The notes: generated by a model from the sequence alone, not told the origin. 64,000 nucleotides of DNA from an uncultured virus (IMG/VR IMGVR_UViG_3300023237_000005) (IMGVR_UViG_3300023237_000005), one strand, 5' to 3'. Shown: positions 8,630 through 18,773, counted from the first letter of the stretch. Translations and numbers: made by a program.

Positions 8630-9838
8630 ATGAACTTTTTAGTAACTATGTCCGGAGGGACAACCCAGGTAATAAATTCTACCCTAGCCGGTGTAATAGA
8701 CGGAATACGAAAGTTCTATCCATCAGCAGAAATTTTTATCCCAAAGCCTGGCATAATCGGGTTACTTGAGGATAATATCTATAGAGTAAAATGGCATGGT
8801 GTTGACACTAAGTCACTTTCCAAATTGCCTGGCTCTTCAATAACTGGTACTACTAGGATTAAGATTTTAGACGATGATGAAATAGAAAGTCTTGAAGCTA
8901 AGCTAACGGAACTTAGAATAGGAACCTTCATTAACATTGGTGGGAGTGGTACTATAAAGCAATCGCTGCAACTATCTTCTAAATTTAAAGACATCGATTT
9001 CATTGCACTTCCAAAAACCATTGATAATGATTTAGGAGATAAAGAGTTCAAGCAACTTTCCTACACTCCAGGTTACTTGTCGGCAATCAGATACATCATA
9101 TCACATACATTCAACTTAATTCGTGAAAACGAAGGAGCATGTTCAAGTGATAAAGTTTTAGTATCACAAGTATTCGGTAGAGATACTGGACATATTGGCG
9201 CTATTTCTACACTTGTTGGGAACGACAGAGTTCTAACATTATTTCCAGAACGACCAGTATCTTGGGCGAATGTAAAAGCTGCAATAGAAGCCAAAATCAA
9301 AAAACATGGTGGCTGTGTAGTTGTAGTACCTGAAGGCTATCAGTTTGATGAACATCCTGAAGATGGAGAAGATTTTCAAAAAGAATATGATTTAAGTGGT
9401 CAAGTAATGTGGGGAAGTTCATATAGTAGTATCGCTCAGATTATTTCAAATCGTCTTAACGATGATGGTATACAATCAAGAATTTCAAATACTACAATTG
9501 AGCAGAGACAATGTTTCTCTCTTATGGATAGCAATGACATTAAACGATCATATGGAGTTGGGTATACCGCAATTAGTCACAGAGTAAGAGGAAGACGAAA
9601 CTTCTTTAACTCAATACAAATGAAAGAAGATGGTACTTACAAAACTGTTGCAATCGACTTGGCAGACATTAAAGATTTTAACAGAAAGCTTCCAACTGAT
9701 TGGATAGCTAAAGATGGCTTTGGTGTAACTAAAGAATTCTTTGCATATATCAAGAGTTTAAATTTAGGTGACGTTGTTACCGGTAAATACTACATGGACC
9801 CACTTACAATAATTGAAAAGTATGAAGTACCAAAATAA
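8630..9838 (+). CDS. Phosphofructokinase-family sugar kinase (divergent)
   Basis: SGG.TQVIN, GGSGT, PKTIDNDL, FGRDTG (MGR-equivalent), VPEG. Confidence 0.85.
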   Translation: MNFLVTMSGGTTQVINSTLAGVIDGIRKFYPSAEIFIPKPGIIGLLEDNIYRVKWHGVDTKSLSKLPGSSITGTTRIKILDDDEIESLEAKLTELRIGTFINIGGSGTIKQSLQLSSKFKDIDFIALPKTIDNDLGDKEFKQLSYTPGYLSAIRYIISHTFNLIRENEGACSSDKVLVSQVFGRDTGHIGAISTLVGNDRVLTLFPERPVSWANVKAAIEAKIKKHGGCVVVVPEGYQFDEHPEDGEDFQKEYDLSGQVMWGSSYSSIAQIISNRLNDDGIQSRISNTTIEQRQCFSLMDSNDIKRSYGVGYTAISHRVRGRRNFFNSIQMKEDGTYKTVAIDLADIKDFNRKLPTDWIAKDGFGVTKEFFAYIKSLNLGDVVTGKYYMDPLTIIEKYEVPK

Positions 9839-10694
9839 AGTTAACGTATTATCATTCTTGTTTAATCGCCCAAAGCATACTGCGGAAACGCTAGGTGCAT
9901 TGTTGGAGCAGAAAGAATTTATCAATGAAATCTTCTTTTATATAGATAAACCCACTAGAGAAGAAGATAAGAAATTACAAGATGAGGTTATCTCTATTCT
10001 CTTAAGTTTGATCCATAAACACGACCTTAAAAATTATCACATTATTCGTCGCGATGAAAATTATGGAATAGCAAAATCTATAACAACTGCTACTAATGAG
10101 TACAGCATAGCACACTCAATTCCGTTTGTAGTTATTGAAGACGATTGTAAACCACATTCGATGTTTATGTCATTTATGGCATATGTATTTGAAGAGTATA
10201 AAGAAGATGATAGTGTATACACAGTTTGTGGTTATCAATATGAAGAAGATGATGCTGACATAGCTAGAGTAGAATTATCACGAAGATTTAATCCGTGGGG
10301 CTGGGGTTCGTGGCCACATAAGTGGAACTTTGAATGGAGAGACCGAGATTTTACTGAAGAAGAAACTTCAACTTTACCAAATTCTGTTAAAAAATTCACA
10401 GAAGATAAGAGCTATATCAATGGCAAGATGGATATTTGGTCTACGACAGTAGTCATTAAGCAGTTTATAAATAAGCTAAATTCAGTAGTACCAACAAGAT
10501 CATTGATTGAAAATATTGGCAACGATGGTACTGGTGTTCATTCAGATGCAACTGACGTTTTTGATATTAGTAGTAGAGAATTCAAATTTCTTGAATTAAA
10601 CAATCCATATTTAAAGTGTATAAATAATAAGCGGGAACAAATTATAGAAGATTCTCTGGCTCATATTTTAGTTAAAGTCATGAATAAAAAATGA
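9822..10694 (+). CDS. GT-A fold (GT2-like) glycosyltransferase
   Basis: FNRPKHT, FYID, NYGIAKSI, VIEDD, WGWGSW, LIENIGNDGTGVH. Confidence 0.85.
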   Translation: MKYQNKVNVLSFLFNRPKHTAETLGALLEQKEFINEIFFYIDKPTREEDKKLQDEVISILLSLIHKHDLKNYHIIRRDENYGIAKSITTATNEYSIAHSIPFVVIEDDCKPHSMFMSFMAYVFEEYKEDDSVYTVCGYQYEEDDADIARVELSRRFNPWGWGSWPHKWNFEWRDRDFTEEETSTLPNSVKKFTEDKSYINGKMDIWSTTVVIKQFINKLNSVVPTRSLIENIGNDGTGVHSDATDVFDISSREFKFLELNNPYLKCINNKREQIIEDSLAHILVKVMNKK

Positions 10695-11692
10695 TAGATC
10701 TTCATACGCACCTTTACCCAGAGGCAGATGACCGTTGTCTTAGAGGTCTTGATGAATTACTTAATTACCATTATGTCCTCGGTGAGTTTTATACAGCATC
10801 TGGGAAGCTAAAGAGTGATATACAGTTATTCAATCGGAAGTCAAAAAGTGAGAGATCAGAGGAGATCTGGGATACTTTACTAAAGGGTAAACTATGGAAC
10901 CCAAAATATAATAGCGAACATGTAAATGGTATCTTAACGTGTGTTAATCAGTTTTCAGGTACTTGGCACTATGATTCATATGCCGATATTTTAGAAGGAT
11001 ATAAAGCTCCGACTATGAAAGAGGTTATGAAAATAATTGGATTAGAGAAAGTAGTTGCAACATACGAACCAAACGAAAAATATCTGTCTGACGATAATAC
11101 CATTCCTTCTATAAGAATTGATAAATACTCAGATGTTACTCGTCCAGCTGATACAAATGCACTATATTATTCATTTTCATGTGAGAGTAAAGAACTTCAT
11201 GTTTTTGATAGACTTAACGGTAATCTGTTTAATGATCTTACAGATAATAACATTCCGTTTTGGATAATGTTAGGAGTGAGGCGAGATGTAACCCCGTACA
11301 TGGGACTTGGTGGAGATTCAATTGGCGAATGTAATATTCTCAAGTTAGTTGAATTTGCAAATAACCACCCCGAACTAAAAATACCTTTCTCTATATTAGA
11401 TCCTTCAAAAATACATGAAGCTATAGTTGCGAGTCGAGTAACACCAAACTTATTTTTTGCTGGGCATTGGTGGTTTAATAATATACCATCAGCAATCAAA
11501 CAGAATATGCAAACTGCAGTTGATTTAATAGGGTATGAAAACTTTATTCATTATTATTCAGATGCAAGAGTTGTCGATCAATTACTTTATAAGTGGAGAC
11601 ACTATAATCAAACCAAACTAAATTTAGGATATGAATTACATCTTTCCGATGGCCGGTTACGGCAAACGCTCTTCGGAGCTAGGTCTGTTTAA
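10691..11692 (+). CDS. uxaC: Uronate (glucuronate) isomerase, amidohydrolase fold, Bacillus halodurans-type
   Basis: DLHTHL, GLDELLNYHY, GHWWFNN, SDARVVDQLLYKWRH. Confidence 0.8.
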   Translation: MIDLHTHLYPEADDRCLRGLDELLNYHYVLGEFYTASGKLKSDIQLFNRKSKSERSEEIWDTLLKGKLWNPKYNSEHVNGILTCVNQFSGTWHYDSYADILEGYKAPTMKEVMKIIGLEKVVATYEPNEKYLSDDNTIPSIRIDKYSDVTRPADTNALYYSFSCESKELHVFDRLNGNLFNDLTDNNIPFWIMLGVRRDVTPYMGLGGDSIGECNILKLVEFANNHPELKIPFSILDPSKIHEAIVASRVTPNLFFAGHWWFNNIPSAIKQNMQTAVDLIGYENFIHYYSDARVVDQLLYKWRHYNQTKLNLGYELHLSDGRLRQTLFGARSV

Positions 11693-12377
11693 GCCCTTTA
11701 TTAAAGTCGGAGAAAAAGAAATCTTCAAGCATTGTGTCGATGGTTTAGACATTAATGAAAACGATACTATCTTGTGTATAGTGTCAAAAGAAACAGCACC
11801 TAGTGATGCTACCGATGTTATAAGTCAATATTTTATGGATCTTGGAGTCAAGCTAGTAACTGTTGCTTTACTTGATAGTGTTCCTGATGGACCAGCATTA
11901 AGTGTAAGAGGTGGTATTATAAGAGCTAAAGAAATTGGACATCAATTCAACGATAGTCAGATTCATATTGTAAACATTGATCAAATTATTTCATATGCTA
12001 GTGTAGAATTATCTAAAGATGAATGTGCAATGCCATTATATTTTAATAATACTGGTGCTTCATGCTATGTAAATCTTTCAGATGATTTTAAACATATTAT
12101 TGACATTAAAGAAAAAGATCTAATTTCTCCGTTTGCATCTGCTGGTGTTTATATATTTGAAAACGAAGATCTTTTGCTTAGATGTATTGACTGGGGTGAG
12201 CATAATCCTGAAGCATGGGTAACAGCACCTAAGTATAATAGTAAAGAATTATTCATTGGGCCATGTATGAACTATGCACTCCTAGAAGGAAATACTTGTC
12301 ATCCAGTTTCAGTTATAAGTAAAATTGATCTTGGTAGTACACAAGCAATAAACAAAGTTAAAAAGACAATTCTATGA
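11631..12377 (+). CDS. Sugar nucleotidyltransferase (NTP_transferase family)
   Basis: PMAGYGKR...KPFI, GPALS, NIDQ, IKEKDLIS..ASAGVYIF, DLGS. Confidence 0.85.
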   Translation: MNYIFPMAGYGKRSSELGLFKPFIKVGEKEIFKHCVDGLDINENDTILCIVSKETAPSDATDVISQYFMDLGVKLVTVALLDSVPDGPALSVRGGIIRAKEIGHQFNDSQIHIVNIDQIISYASVELSKDECAMPLYFNNTGASCYVNLSDDFKHIIDIKEKDLISPFASAGVYIFENEDLLLRCIDWGEHNPEAWVTAPKYNSKELFIGPCMNYALLEGNTCHPVSVISKIDLGSTQAINKVKKTIL

Positions 12378-13666
12378 ACATAGGTTACGGTAAGTTTGGA
12401 AAAAGTATAGCCTTCAACGAAAAGAGGTGGGGCTTGCACGGTGGAGACGCTGCACCAGCTATAATGATAGTTGCTTTAGCAAAAGCTAATCCTGATGTAA
12501 CTTTCTATCTTTTAGGTAGAAGTGATTACAAAACGATAGAAACTAAACGAAGACTTGAATTATTTCCAAATCAGAATGTCATTAATGTTTGGGATAAAGT
12601 AAATAATTACAGCTTAACAGACTATAAGTTTGTTGCAGAGTGGCTAGTTAAAAATGAGGTTAAAATTGATGGTGCTATTTATATTAGTGGACCAACTGGC
12701 TCAATTTCTATTCCTGATAGCTTTGTACGCATTGATAAGAAAGGATCAGCAGAAGGGCTTATAGCTAAAACGATGGTGTTCAGTGAACGTTATGCTGGTC
12801 CAATGATTTACGCAACTAATGAAAATGACTTTCCGTTCATTACGTTATGTGAGGACCCAAGATACTATCCTCTTTTAACTCGTGATATGTTCAGAAGACC
12901 AACTTTCACTCTTGGTCAATTTAACAATGCAGAAAAAGAAGTTAAGCATCATACTGATTATACTGACCAAACTTTAGCATGGACTAAAGTTCCAGTTACT
13001 TATTCGTATGTTGAAACTATATTTGCAATGGGTGAAACTCCCTACAACTCAGAGGAATTGTTCAAGAAGAAATCGAAGCTAATGAATCTTTATCTAAATC
13101 AGGGTTTGGGTGCAGGTGGAATGGACCGTGGTCCAATTGTAAAAGAGTGGGTATTAGATCAATTTCCAAATAAAGGCATTATGGTCCATGGAAAATGGCA
13201 AGAACCATACTGCGACCTAGATGAGTTCACATCTAAGGGGATGTCTGAGTTGATAGAAGAAATGGAAGAAACTAAATACACACTTATTATCCCGGTTAAG
13301 AAAGGATGGGTTACTTCTAAATTCTGGAAAATGTTACACTTTGGCATTCTTCCGTTTATGCATCCTACTTACGATACTCAAAAATCGATTCCAGTAGACG
13401 ACTTCTTAAGAGTAGAAAGCCCAGCGGACTATAAGCGCAAAATTGAATACCTAGAAAGTAACCCGGATAAATATAAAGAACTATACGACTCAACGATGAA
13501 ATTATTCAGAGAAAATTTTTATTCAGGTAAGAGTTTAATAACAGAAGTTTATAATTCGTTATATGAATCAATGGGACTTCCCAGAGATTACCAATTTCCA
13601 AAAGAACCGCTTAACATTGACATCAGTTCATTTAAGACGGTCAAAAAATTAACACCGTTATTTTAA
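12374..13666 (+). CDS. GT-B glycosyltransferase resembling T4 DNA beta-glucosyltransferase
   Basis: CEDPRY (cf. BGT FTDIRL); YTLII...WVTSKFW.ML..GILPF...YDTQ....DDFLRVESPADYKRKIEYL parallels the BGT C-terminal domain as I recall it. Confidence 0.65.
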   Translation: MNIGYGKFGKSIAFNEKRWGLHGGDAAPAIMIVALAKANPDVTFYLLGRSDYKTIETKRRLELFPNQNVINVWDKVNNYSLTDYKFVAEWLVKNEVKIDGAIYISGPTGSISIPDSFVRIDKKGSAEGLIAKTMVFSERYAGPMIYATNENDFPFITLCEDPRYYPLLTRDMFRRPTFTLGQFNNAEKEVKHHTDYTDQTLAWTKVPVTYSYVETIFAMGETPYNSEELFKKKSKLMNLYLNQGLGAGGMDRGPIVKEWVLDQFPNKGIMVHGKWQEPYCDLDEFTSKGMSELIEEMEETKYTLIIPVKKGWVTSKFWKMLHFGILPFMHPTYDTQKSIPVDDFLRVESPADYKRKIEYLESNPDKYKELYDSTMKLFRENFYSGKSLITEVYNSLYESMGLPRDYQFPKEPLNIDISSFKTVKKLTPLF

Positions 13667-13667
13667 T

Positions 13668-15101
13668 ATGAAAAAGAAATTAAATTTTGGCTCTATTATT
13701 CCACTTGTTGGTGGAAATATTCTTGGTTGTACGAAATCTGCTGGAGAAGATCCGTCGTTTCATTTAAGTTATAGTGCTTTTGCTAACAATGAAAAACATT
13801 TACGTGAATATCAACCCAATGTCCCATTCTATTACATAGATGAACAAGAAGTACCAGATTTAGGTGAAGTCGATTACGTAAATACGACATGTCCATGTGC
13901 CGGGCTTTCAATGCTAAGTACAGCAGTCAAAGGTATTGACGCACCACAGAATGATTGGCTGTACGAATCTGCTAATTACGTACTAAGCCAAGTCAAACCT
14001 AAAGTAATGTGGGGAGAAAACGCACCAGGATTATTTACGGGTCTAGGTAAAGAAGTTGCTCAGAAGCTTATCGCAATAGGTAAAGAACATGGATATTCTT
14101 TCTCTATGATTAAGACGAACACTCAGCTTCATGGCATACCACAAAGACGGTACAGAACATTCTACTTTTTCTGGAATACTCCAACTGTTCCAATTTTAAA
14201 TTGGAAGAAAAAGAGCCATGGTACATTATTAGAATACCTTGCAGAAATTCCTGAAGATGCAACACATCAAGACTGGCATATAATTGAAAAGTCTTTGACA
14301 GATTATTACTTACCGTATCAATTCGTTCTTGATAAGTTAGGATTAACACATCCACAATACGCTAAAGAATATGCTGGGACGAGTATTGCTAAATACATTC
14401 ACGATAACAACTTAGTTGACGAATGTATAGAATGGCTTGATGCTAATCATCCTGGTGCTAGGAAATCGGATATGAAAGGTAAACAGACTTTCGAACATTC
14501 TTTGAGAAGGGAGCAAGCTAAAACGGCTGAAGGTAAAGGTTTCTGGGATTCGTCACCAAGATTCTACGGTGAGATTTTTGGACCAGTTATCAAAAGAAAC
14601 ATGAAGAGTGGCGGCCATCCAGTTGAGAACAGATTCTTGAACGTAAGAGAAGCACTTCACTTGATGGGAATGCCACATGACTTTCAAGTTGAAGGACAGC
14701 GTGCACTAAACCACATTGCACAGAATGTACCAGTAAATACCGCAGCTGATTGGGCTGACGAAGTTACTAAGTTTATTAATGGTGAATTGAAAATGTCAGA
14801 TAAGTCATTCTTAAAGCAAGATAATTGCGCTAGGAAAAATATAGATGATTATTCATACGAACCACAACCAATCTACAGAGTAGAAAGTGTAATTACTTTA
14901 GATGAAGCATTCATGGAAAGAGAGAAAGCTGCAAGAAAGAATATTGAAGAACTTTTTGCCAGACCTAAACCAGAATATAGAGTTGAAAGTTTAATCAAAC
15001 CAGGTAAGACATTCACTACACGATTATCTATCATACGAAAGAACATAGACGAACGTATTTCTGAAAGTAAAAAAGAATATAGAGTACAGAGTCTAATTTA
15101 A
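13668..15101 (+). CDS. DNA cytosine-C5 methyltransferase-like protein with atypical motif I and C-terminal repeats
   Basis: Catalytic PC (TCPCAGLS), ENAPGL, PQRRYRTF, RFLNVREALHLMGMP, NVPV. Confidence 0.85.
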   Translation: MKKKLNFGSIIPLVGGNILGCTKSAGEDPSFHLSYSAFANNEKHLREYQPNVPFYYIDEQEVPDLGEVDYVNTTCPCAGLSMLSTAVKGIDAPQNDWLYESANYVLSQVKPKVMWGENAPGLFTGLGKEVAQKLIAIGKEHGYSFSMIKTNTQLHGIPQRRYRTFYFFWNTPTVPILNWKKKSHGTLLEYLAEIPEDATHQDWHIIEKSLTDYYLPYQFVLDKLGLTHPQYAKEYAGTSIAKYIHDNNLVDECIEWLDANHPGARKSDMKGKQTFEHSLRREQAKTAEGKGFWDSSPRFYGEIFGPVIKRNMKSGGHPVENRFLNVREALHLMGMPHDFQVEGQRALNHIAQNVPVNTAADWADEVTKFINGELKMSDKSFLKQDNCARKNIDDYSYEPQPIYRVESVITLDEAFMEREKAARKNIEELFARPKPEYRVESLIKPGKTFTTRLSIIRKNIDERISESKKEYRVQSLI

Positions 15102-15156
15102 TCAAAACTATCTTATACATCTTTAATATAACAATAAATTTAACACTAACAATATA

Positions 15157-15906
15157 ATGAAAATAGATTTAGCAGAAATTAACGGGCACGAATTTTCGAG
15201 CTTTATTAAGAAACTTTTACCAATTGATAAATTTATATTTATGAAGGTCGGTAAAACGAACACTTTATCATCAGTGTATTTACCTGAACGAGATGCAGTA
15301 AAATTAGTAACTGTTAAAACTGAAGATCTTTTTGGTGTTGGCGTTATTGAAAACCCTGTAAAGGTTTCCTTCTATAACGGAACGAAAGTAAATGATGCCT
15401 TAGCACATTTTGGTGCATCAATTTATGGGAGTATAAATTCTGATGAAGTAGATGGAGAAAATATGGCAAGTGATTTTATGATTGGAAGTAATGATCTAAA
15501 GATTAACCTAGCATGTGCAGATCCTAGCTTGTCATTTATGGAAATGACAAAGGATGAAATGGTAAGAGCATTCAGTACAGATGATTCTATCTTTGAGTTT
15601 GATTTATTAACAACTCATGTTGAGAGAATGAAGTCATTATTCAGTCTTGATAAAGAAGAAGAAATCTTCACACTCTATATAGGTGAAAGAGGAGTAAGTG
15701 TTAAAGGTACATCATACGATGCAATCCTTTCTCAGAACTACGAAGGATCAGGAGGAGAAGGATCAAAGGTTACAGTCTACAAAAAATACCTTCAACTTCT
15801 TGACAAGGAAAACTACAGAGTTCTTGTTTGTGAAAACAAATTAGTCTTTAAATCTTTGGATACGAATACACAACTTACTGTTGCCGTTGCTATTACTGAC
15901 GAATAA
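15157..15906 (+). CDS. Putative DNA sliding clamp (gp45-like)
   Basis: 249 aa, acidic, beta-rich two-domain pattern with central ADPS linker; next to the polymerase C-terminal gene. Confidence 0.55.
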   Translation: MKIDLAEINGHEFSSFIKKLLPIDKFIFMKVGKTNTLSSVYLPERDAVKLVTVKTEDLFGVGVIENPVKVSFYNGTKVNDALAHFGASIYGSINSDEVDGENMASDFMIGSNDLKINLACADPSLSFMEMTKDEMVRAFSTDDSIFEFDLLTTHVERMKSLFSLDKEEEIFTLYIGERGVSVKGTSYDAILSQNYEGSGGEGSKVTVYKKYLQLLDKENYRVLVCENKLVFKSLDTNTQLTVAVAITDE

Positions 15907-15930
15907 GAATTCATATCATATCAATTTAAG

Positions 15931-15955
15931 ACACTCGCTTGGCCGAGTGTTTTTT
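15931..15955 (+). terminator. Rho-independent terminator
   Basis: ACACTCG-loop-CGAGTGT followed by a T run. Confidence 0.8.
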
Positions 15956-16021
15956 ATGCCTAAACAAATCTAGGAAAAGCTAATATAAAATATATGATAA
16001 TTGACTTAAATTCTAAACAAC

Positions 16022-17659
16022 ATGAGTGAAGATCTTGGAGCATTAGCCCTACAGAAACTTGAAGAAGTACAGAAAGAGGCTAGAAAATATTACTCATACG
16101 AACAAGCCGTCAAACTCACTCTTAATAGCATCTACGGGGCTTTTGGTAATGAGCATTTTTTTTTTTACAACGTAGATATAGCAGAAACTATAACACTTCA
16201 AGGTAAAGATGCAATTCTTTATAGTGAGGAACTAATCAACAAATACTTTACACATTATTGGCATAACGATACTATAGCACATGAAGCTATGGGAGTCAAA
16301 GTCAAAGTTAAAGTTAAAGATCCTGTTGGGATCTATATTGATACGGATTCTATTGTTGGAAATTCAACAATCAGATTAAGTGATGGCAGGGAAATTTCAG
16401 TAAAAGATCTATATAATGAAGGAGTAGAGGATATGGGATCTACTTTAAACGGCCACGAATCAGTATCGTGTAAAACTGGAGTACTAAACTGGTCCAAAGA
16501 AAAAGAACTTTATTACGTACCAGTAGCAAGAGTTATAAGACATAAAGTTTCAAAGAAGAAGTGGAAGCTTAAGACTAAGTCGGGTAAAGAAATCATTGTA
16601 ACAAATGATCACTCTATGATAGTATTTAGAGACGGTATACAGCTTGAAATTAAACCAAGCAATATATCGTATACTGATAAAATACTAACTATTCTAAAGA
16701 GATCCGAACTACTAAACGAAGAATATACTATAGAAGAAATTGATACGATAGAATGTATCGGAGATTTTGATGATGAATATGTATATGACATTGAAGTAGA
16801 TGATGATACGCACACATTTATAGCAAATGATATACTTGTTCATAATTCAATCTATATGAAATTCGAAGAAGTAATTGAAAGCACAGATTGGGAAGGTGAC
16901 GAAAAGACATTCATTCTAAAGCTATACAATGCTAGGTTAAAGGGATTTATCGAAAAGATAATGCAAAAATATGCAGACGATAATAATGCGGAGAACTTCT
17001 TGAGTTTTGAACTAGAATCAATTGCGAAGAATGCAATATGGTTAGCCAAGAAAAATTATATGCAGAATATAGTTTGGCATGATCCTGATCTCCACTACGA
17101 TGAATTGACTAAAATTAGTGCAAAGGGATTTGATATCATTAAAGGTTCGGCTCCGTTATTCGCTCGTGAGAAACTGAAAACTCTAATTACTTTTATATTC
17201 TCAAAGCCGAAGTTCCAAATGAAAGAGTTTGCTGAAATTCTTAAAGAAATGAAGAGGGAGTTCAAATTAGCAAACATAGATCATATCTGTATGTCAAAGA
17301 ATGTAAACAATTACCAAAAATACATTCTTAATGACTACGAAGAATTTGAATTTGGTTTAAGATGTCCAATGGGTGTAAGAGCAGCTGGGTATCACAATTA
17401 CCTTCTTAATAATTCTGAGCATAAGAAGAAATATCAATGTGTAGGTAATGGTGAAAAGCTAAAGATATATCATAGTACCGATAAAGCATGTGACATATTT
17501 GCTTACGCGCCAGGTGACTACCCATACGAAATTGCACCACCTATCGATTACGATGTACAGTTTGAAAAGACAATTCTGGATCCAATCAATAGAGTTCTCA
17601 AGGCTATGAGTTATAAGGGATTTAACCGCAATTTGATTTATGTGACTGGAGTATTTTAA
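16022..17659 (+). CDS. gp43: DNA polymerase family B, C-terminal subunit (motifs B and C, thumb), intein-containing
   Basis: KLTLNSIYGAFGN, ITLQG, YIDTD/S, KKNY, KGFDIIK. Confidence 0.92.
   Translation: MSEDLGALALQKLEEVQKEARKYYSYEQAVKLTLNSIYGAFGNEHFFFYNVDIAETITLQGKDAILYSEELINKYFTHYWHNDTIAHEAMGVKVKVKVKDPVGIYIDTDSIVGNSTIRLSDGREISVKDLYNEGVEDMGSTLNGHESVSCKTGVLNWSKEKELYYVPVARVIRHKVSKKKWKLKTKSGKEIIVTNDHSMIVFRDGIQLEIKPSNISYTDKILTILKRSELLNEEYTIEEIDTIECIGDFDDEYVYDIEVDDDTHTFIANDILVHNSIYMKFEEVIESTDWEGDEKTFILKLYNARLKGFIEKIMQKYADDNNAENFLSFELESIAKNAIWLAKKNYMQNIVWHDPDLHYDELTKISAKGFDIIKGSAPLFAREKLKTLITFIFSKPKFQMKEFAEILKEMKREFKLANIDHICMSKNVNNYQKYILNDYEEFEFGLRCPMGVRAAGYHNYLLNNSEHKKKYQCVGNGEKLKIYHSTDKACDIFAYAPGDYPYEIAPPIDYDVQFEKTILDPINRVLKAMSYKGFNRNLIYVTGVF
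16349..16846 (+). mobile_element. Contiguous mini-intein (166 aa) in polymerase motif C
   Basis: YIDTD|SIVGNSTI...VTNDHS...VYDIEV...ILVHN|SIY; no endonuclease domain. Confidence 0.93.
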
Positions 17660-17717
17660 GAACAGATGATAAGACCAGCTTTTAGCGAACATAAGTCAAA
17701 GTTATTTGTTCTTATAG

Positions 17718-18143
17718 TTGCTTTGTTTACAACTATTGGCCTTCCACTTATTATACAAGATTTATATAGCTTGTCAAGCGCTTGGAATACAATGTGGCAC
17801 CCCCTTTTTTATACTTTCGAATGCTATCATTTCATATTACATGTACTCAGCTCAAAAATGGAAGATCTCTGCTCTACTATTACTAGCATTAACAGCATTC
17901 TCTATTGAAATGTATAGAGATGTACATTATTTCGTTGCAGTATTATTCTTCTTAAGTTGTGTTAGACCAATCATATTAAATAAAAAACTACGCGTATATT
18001 CAATACCATACATACTATCACTATTCTTATTTGTATGGAACATTATGATAGCAGAAATAATTTCAATTTTAGTACTACTACTATATCATGGTCATTTGCT
18101 TTACTTAGCGTGGTCAATAAATAATAAAAGGCATCGGCGATGA
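17718..18143 (+). CDS. Membrane protein (start uncertain; overlapped by a second hydrophobic ORF 17666-17908, possibly one frameshifted gene)
   Basis: Several hydrophobic segments. Confidence 0.45.
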   Translation: MLCLQLLAFHLLYKIYIACQALGIQCGTPFFILSNAIISYYMYSAQKWKISALLLLALTAFSIEMYRDVHYFVAVLFFLSCVRPIILNKKLRVYSIPYILSLFLFVWNIMIAEIISILVLLLYHGHLLYLAWSINNKRHRR

Positions 18144-18748
18144 GATTACTATTTTTATTTTTACTGGTTCCAATGTTATCATTTAGCCAATGTATCGTAA
18201 CTGACAATGTTGTAGTTACACCTCTTCCGATTAGCGGAACTTATCAACCTGGACAGACTATAACGTTCACTTATACGATTACAGATTATAATGGCCTTTC
18301 AGTTAACTGGCTTCACGGTATTGTTCCTACTTTGGGTTCAGGTTGGAACGTAGGATCATTAGCACCAACAGGAATACCTACAAATGCAACTGGAAGTGGA
18401 GAATGGATCTGGGTTACTAATGTTACTTCATCTGCAACTGAGAATACAGTTGCTGGACCTGGATGGTTTTACGATACACCAAGTGGTGGTCCTCCTTTAG
18501 ATGGAGATCCTGGAAATAATTGGGGCGATGGATTAACTGGTCCTTGGACCTTCCAATGGGAGATTACTGTCGGAGATTGTCCACCTAATGCAAATGGAGA
18601 TGATCTAAGTGTTATTATAGAAAACTACGCAGATGGGGAGACTGGAAGCTGGATAAATTTAGACTGTCAGATGGATCCTAATGAAACTTTCTTAGCAACT
18701 GTTGAATGCTGTGTACCAGTTTTAACTCCACCGATCTTTCACAATTGA
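18140..18748 (+). CDS. Secreted protein with Sec signal peptide, Bacteroidota surface-protein-like
   Basis: MRLLFLFLLVPMLSFS|Q; Gly/Trp/Asp-rich body, DGDPGNNWGD. Confidence 0.75.
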   Translation: MRLLFLFLLVPMLSFSQCIVTDNVVVTPLPISGTYQPGQTITFTYTITDYNGLSVNWLHGIVPTLGSGWNVGSLAPTGIPTNATGSGEWIWVTNVTSSATENTVAGPGWFYDTPSGGPPLDGDPGNNWGDGLTGPWTFQWEITVGDCPPNANGDDLSVIIENYADGETGSWINLDCQMDPNETFLATVECCVPVLTPPIFHN

Positions 18749-18773
18749 TATATACTCTAAACAACTATTCTAT

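Noticed and set aside
17666..17908. Separate 80-aa membrane gene
   Set aside because: Overlaps 17718-18143 in another frame; cannot tell whether it is the true 5' part of a frameshifted gene, so it is not called separately
18740..18748. C-terminal HN of ORF 18140 resembling an intein end
   Set aside because: Followed by a stop codon with no intein blocks upstream
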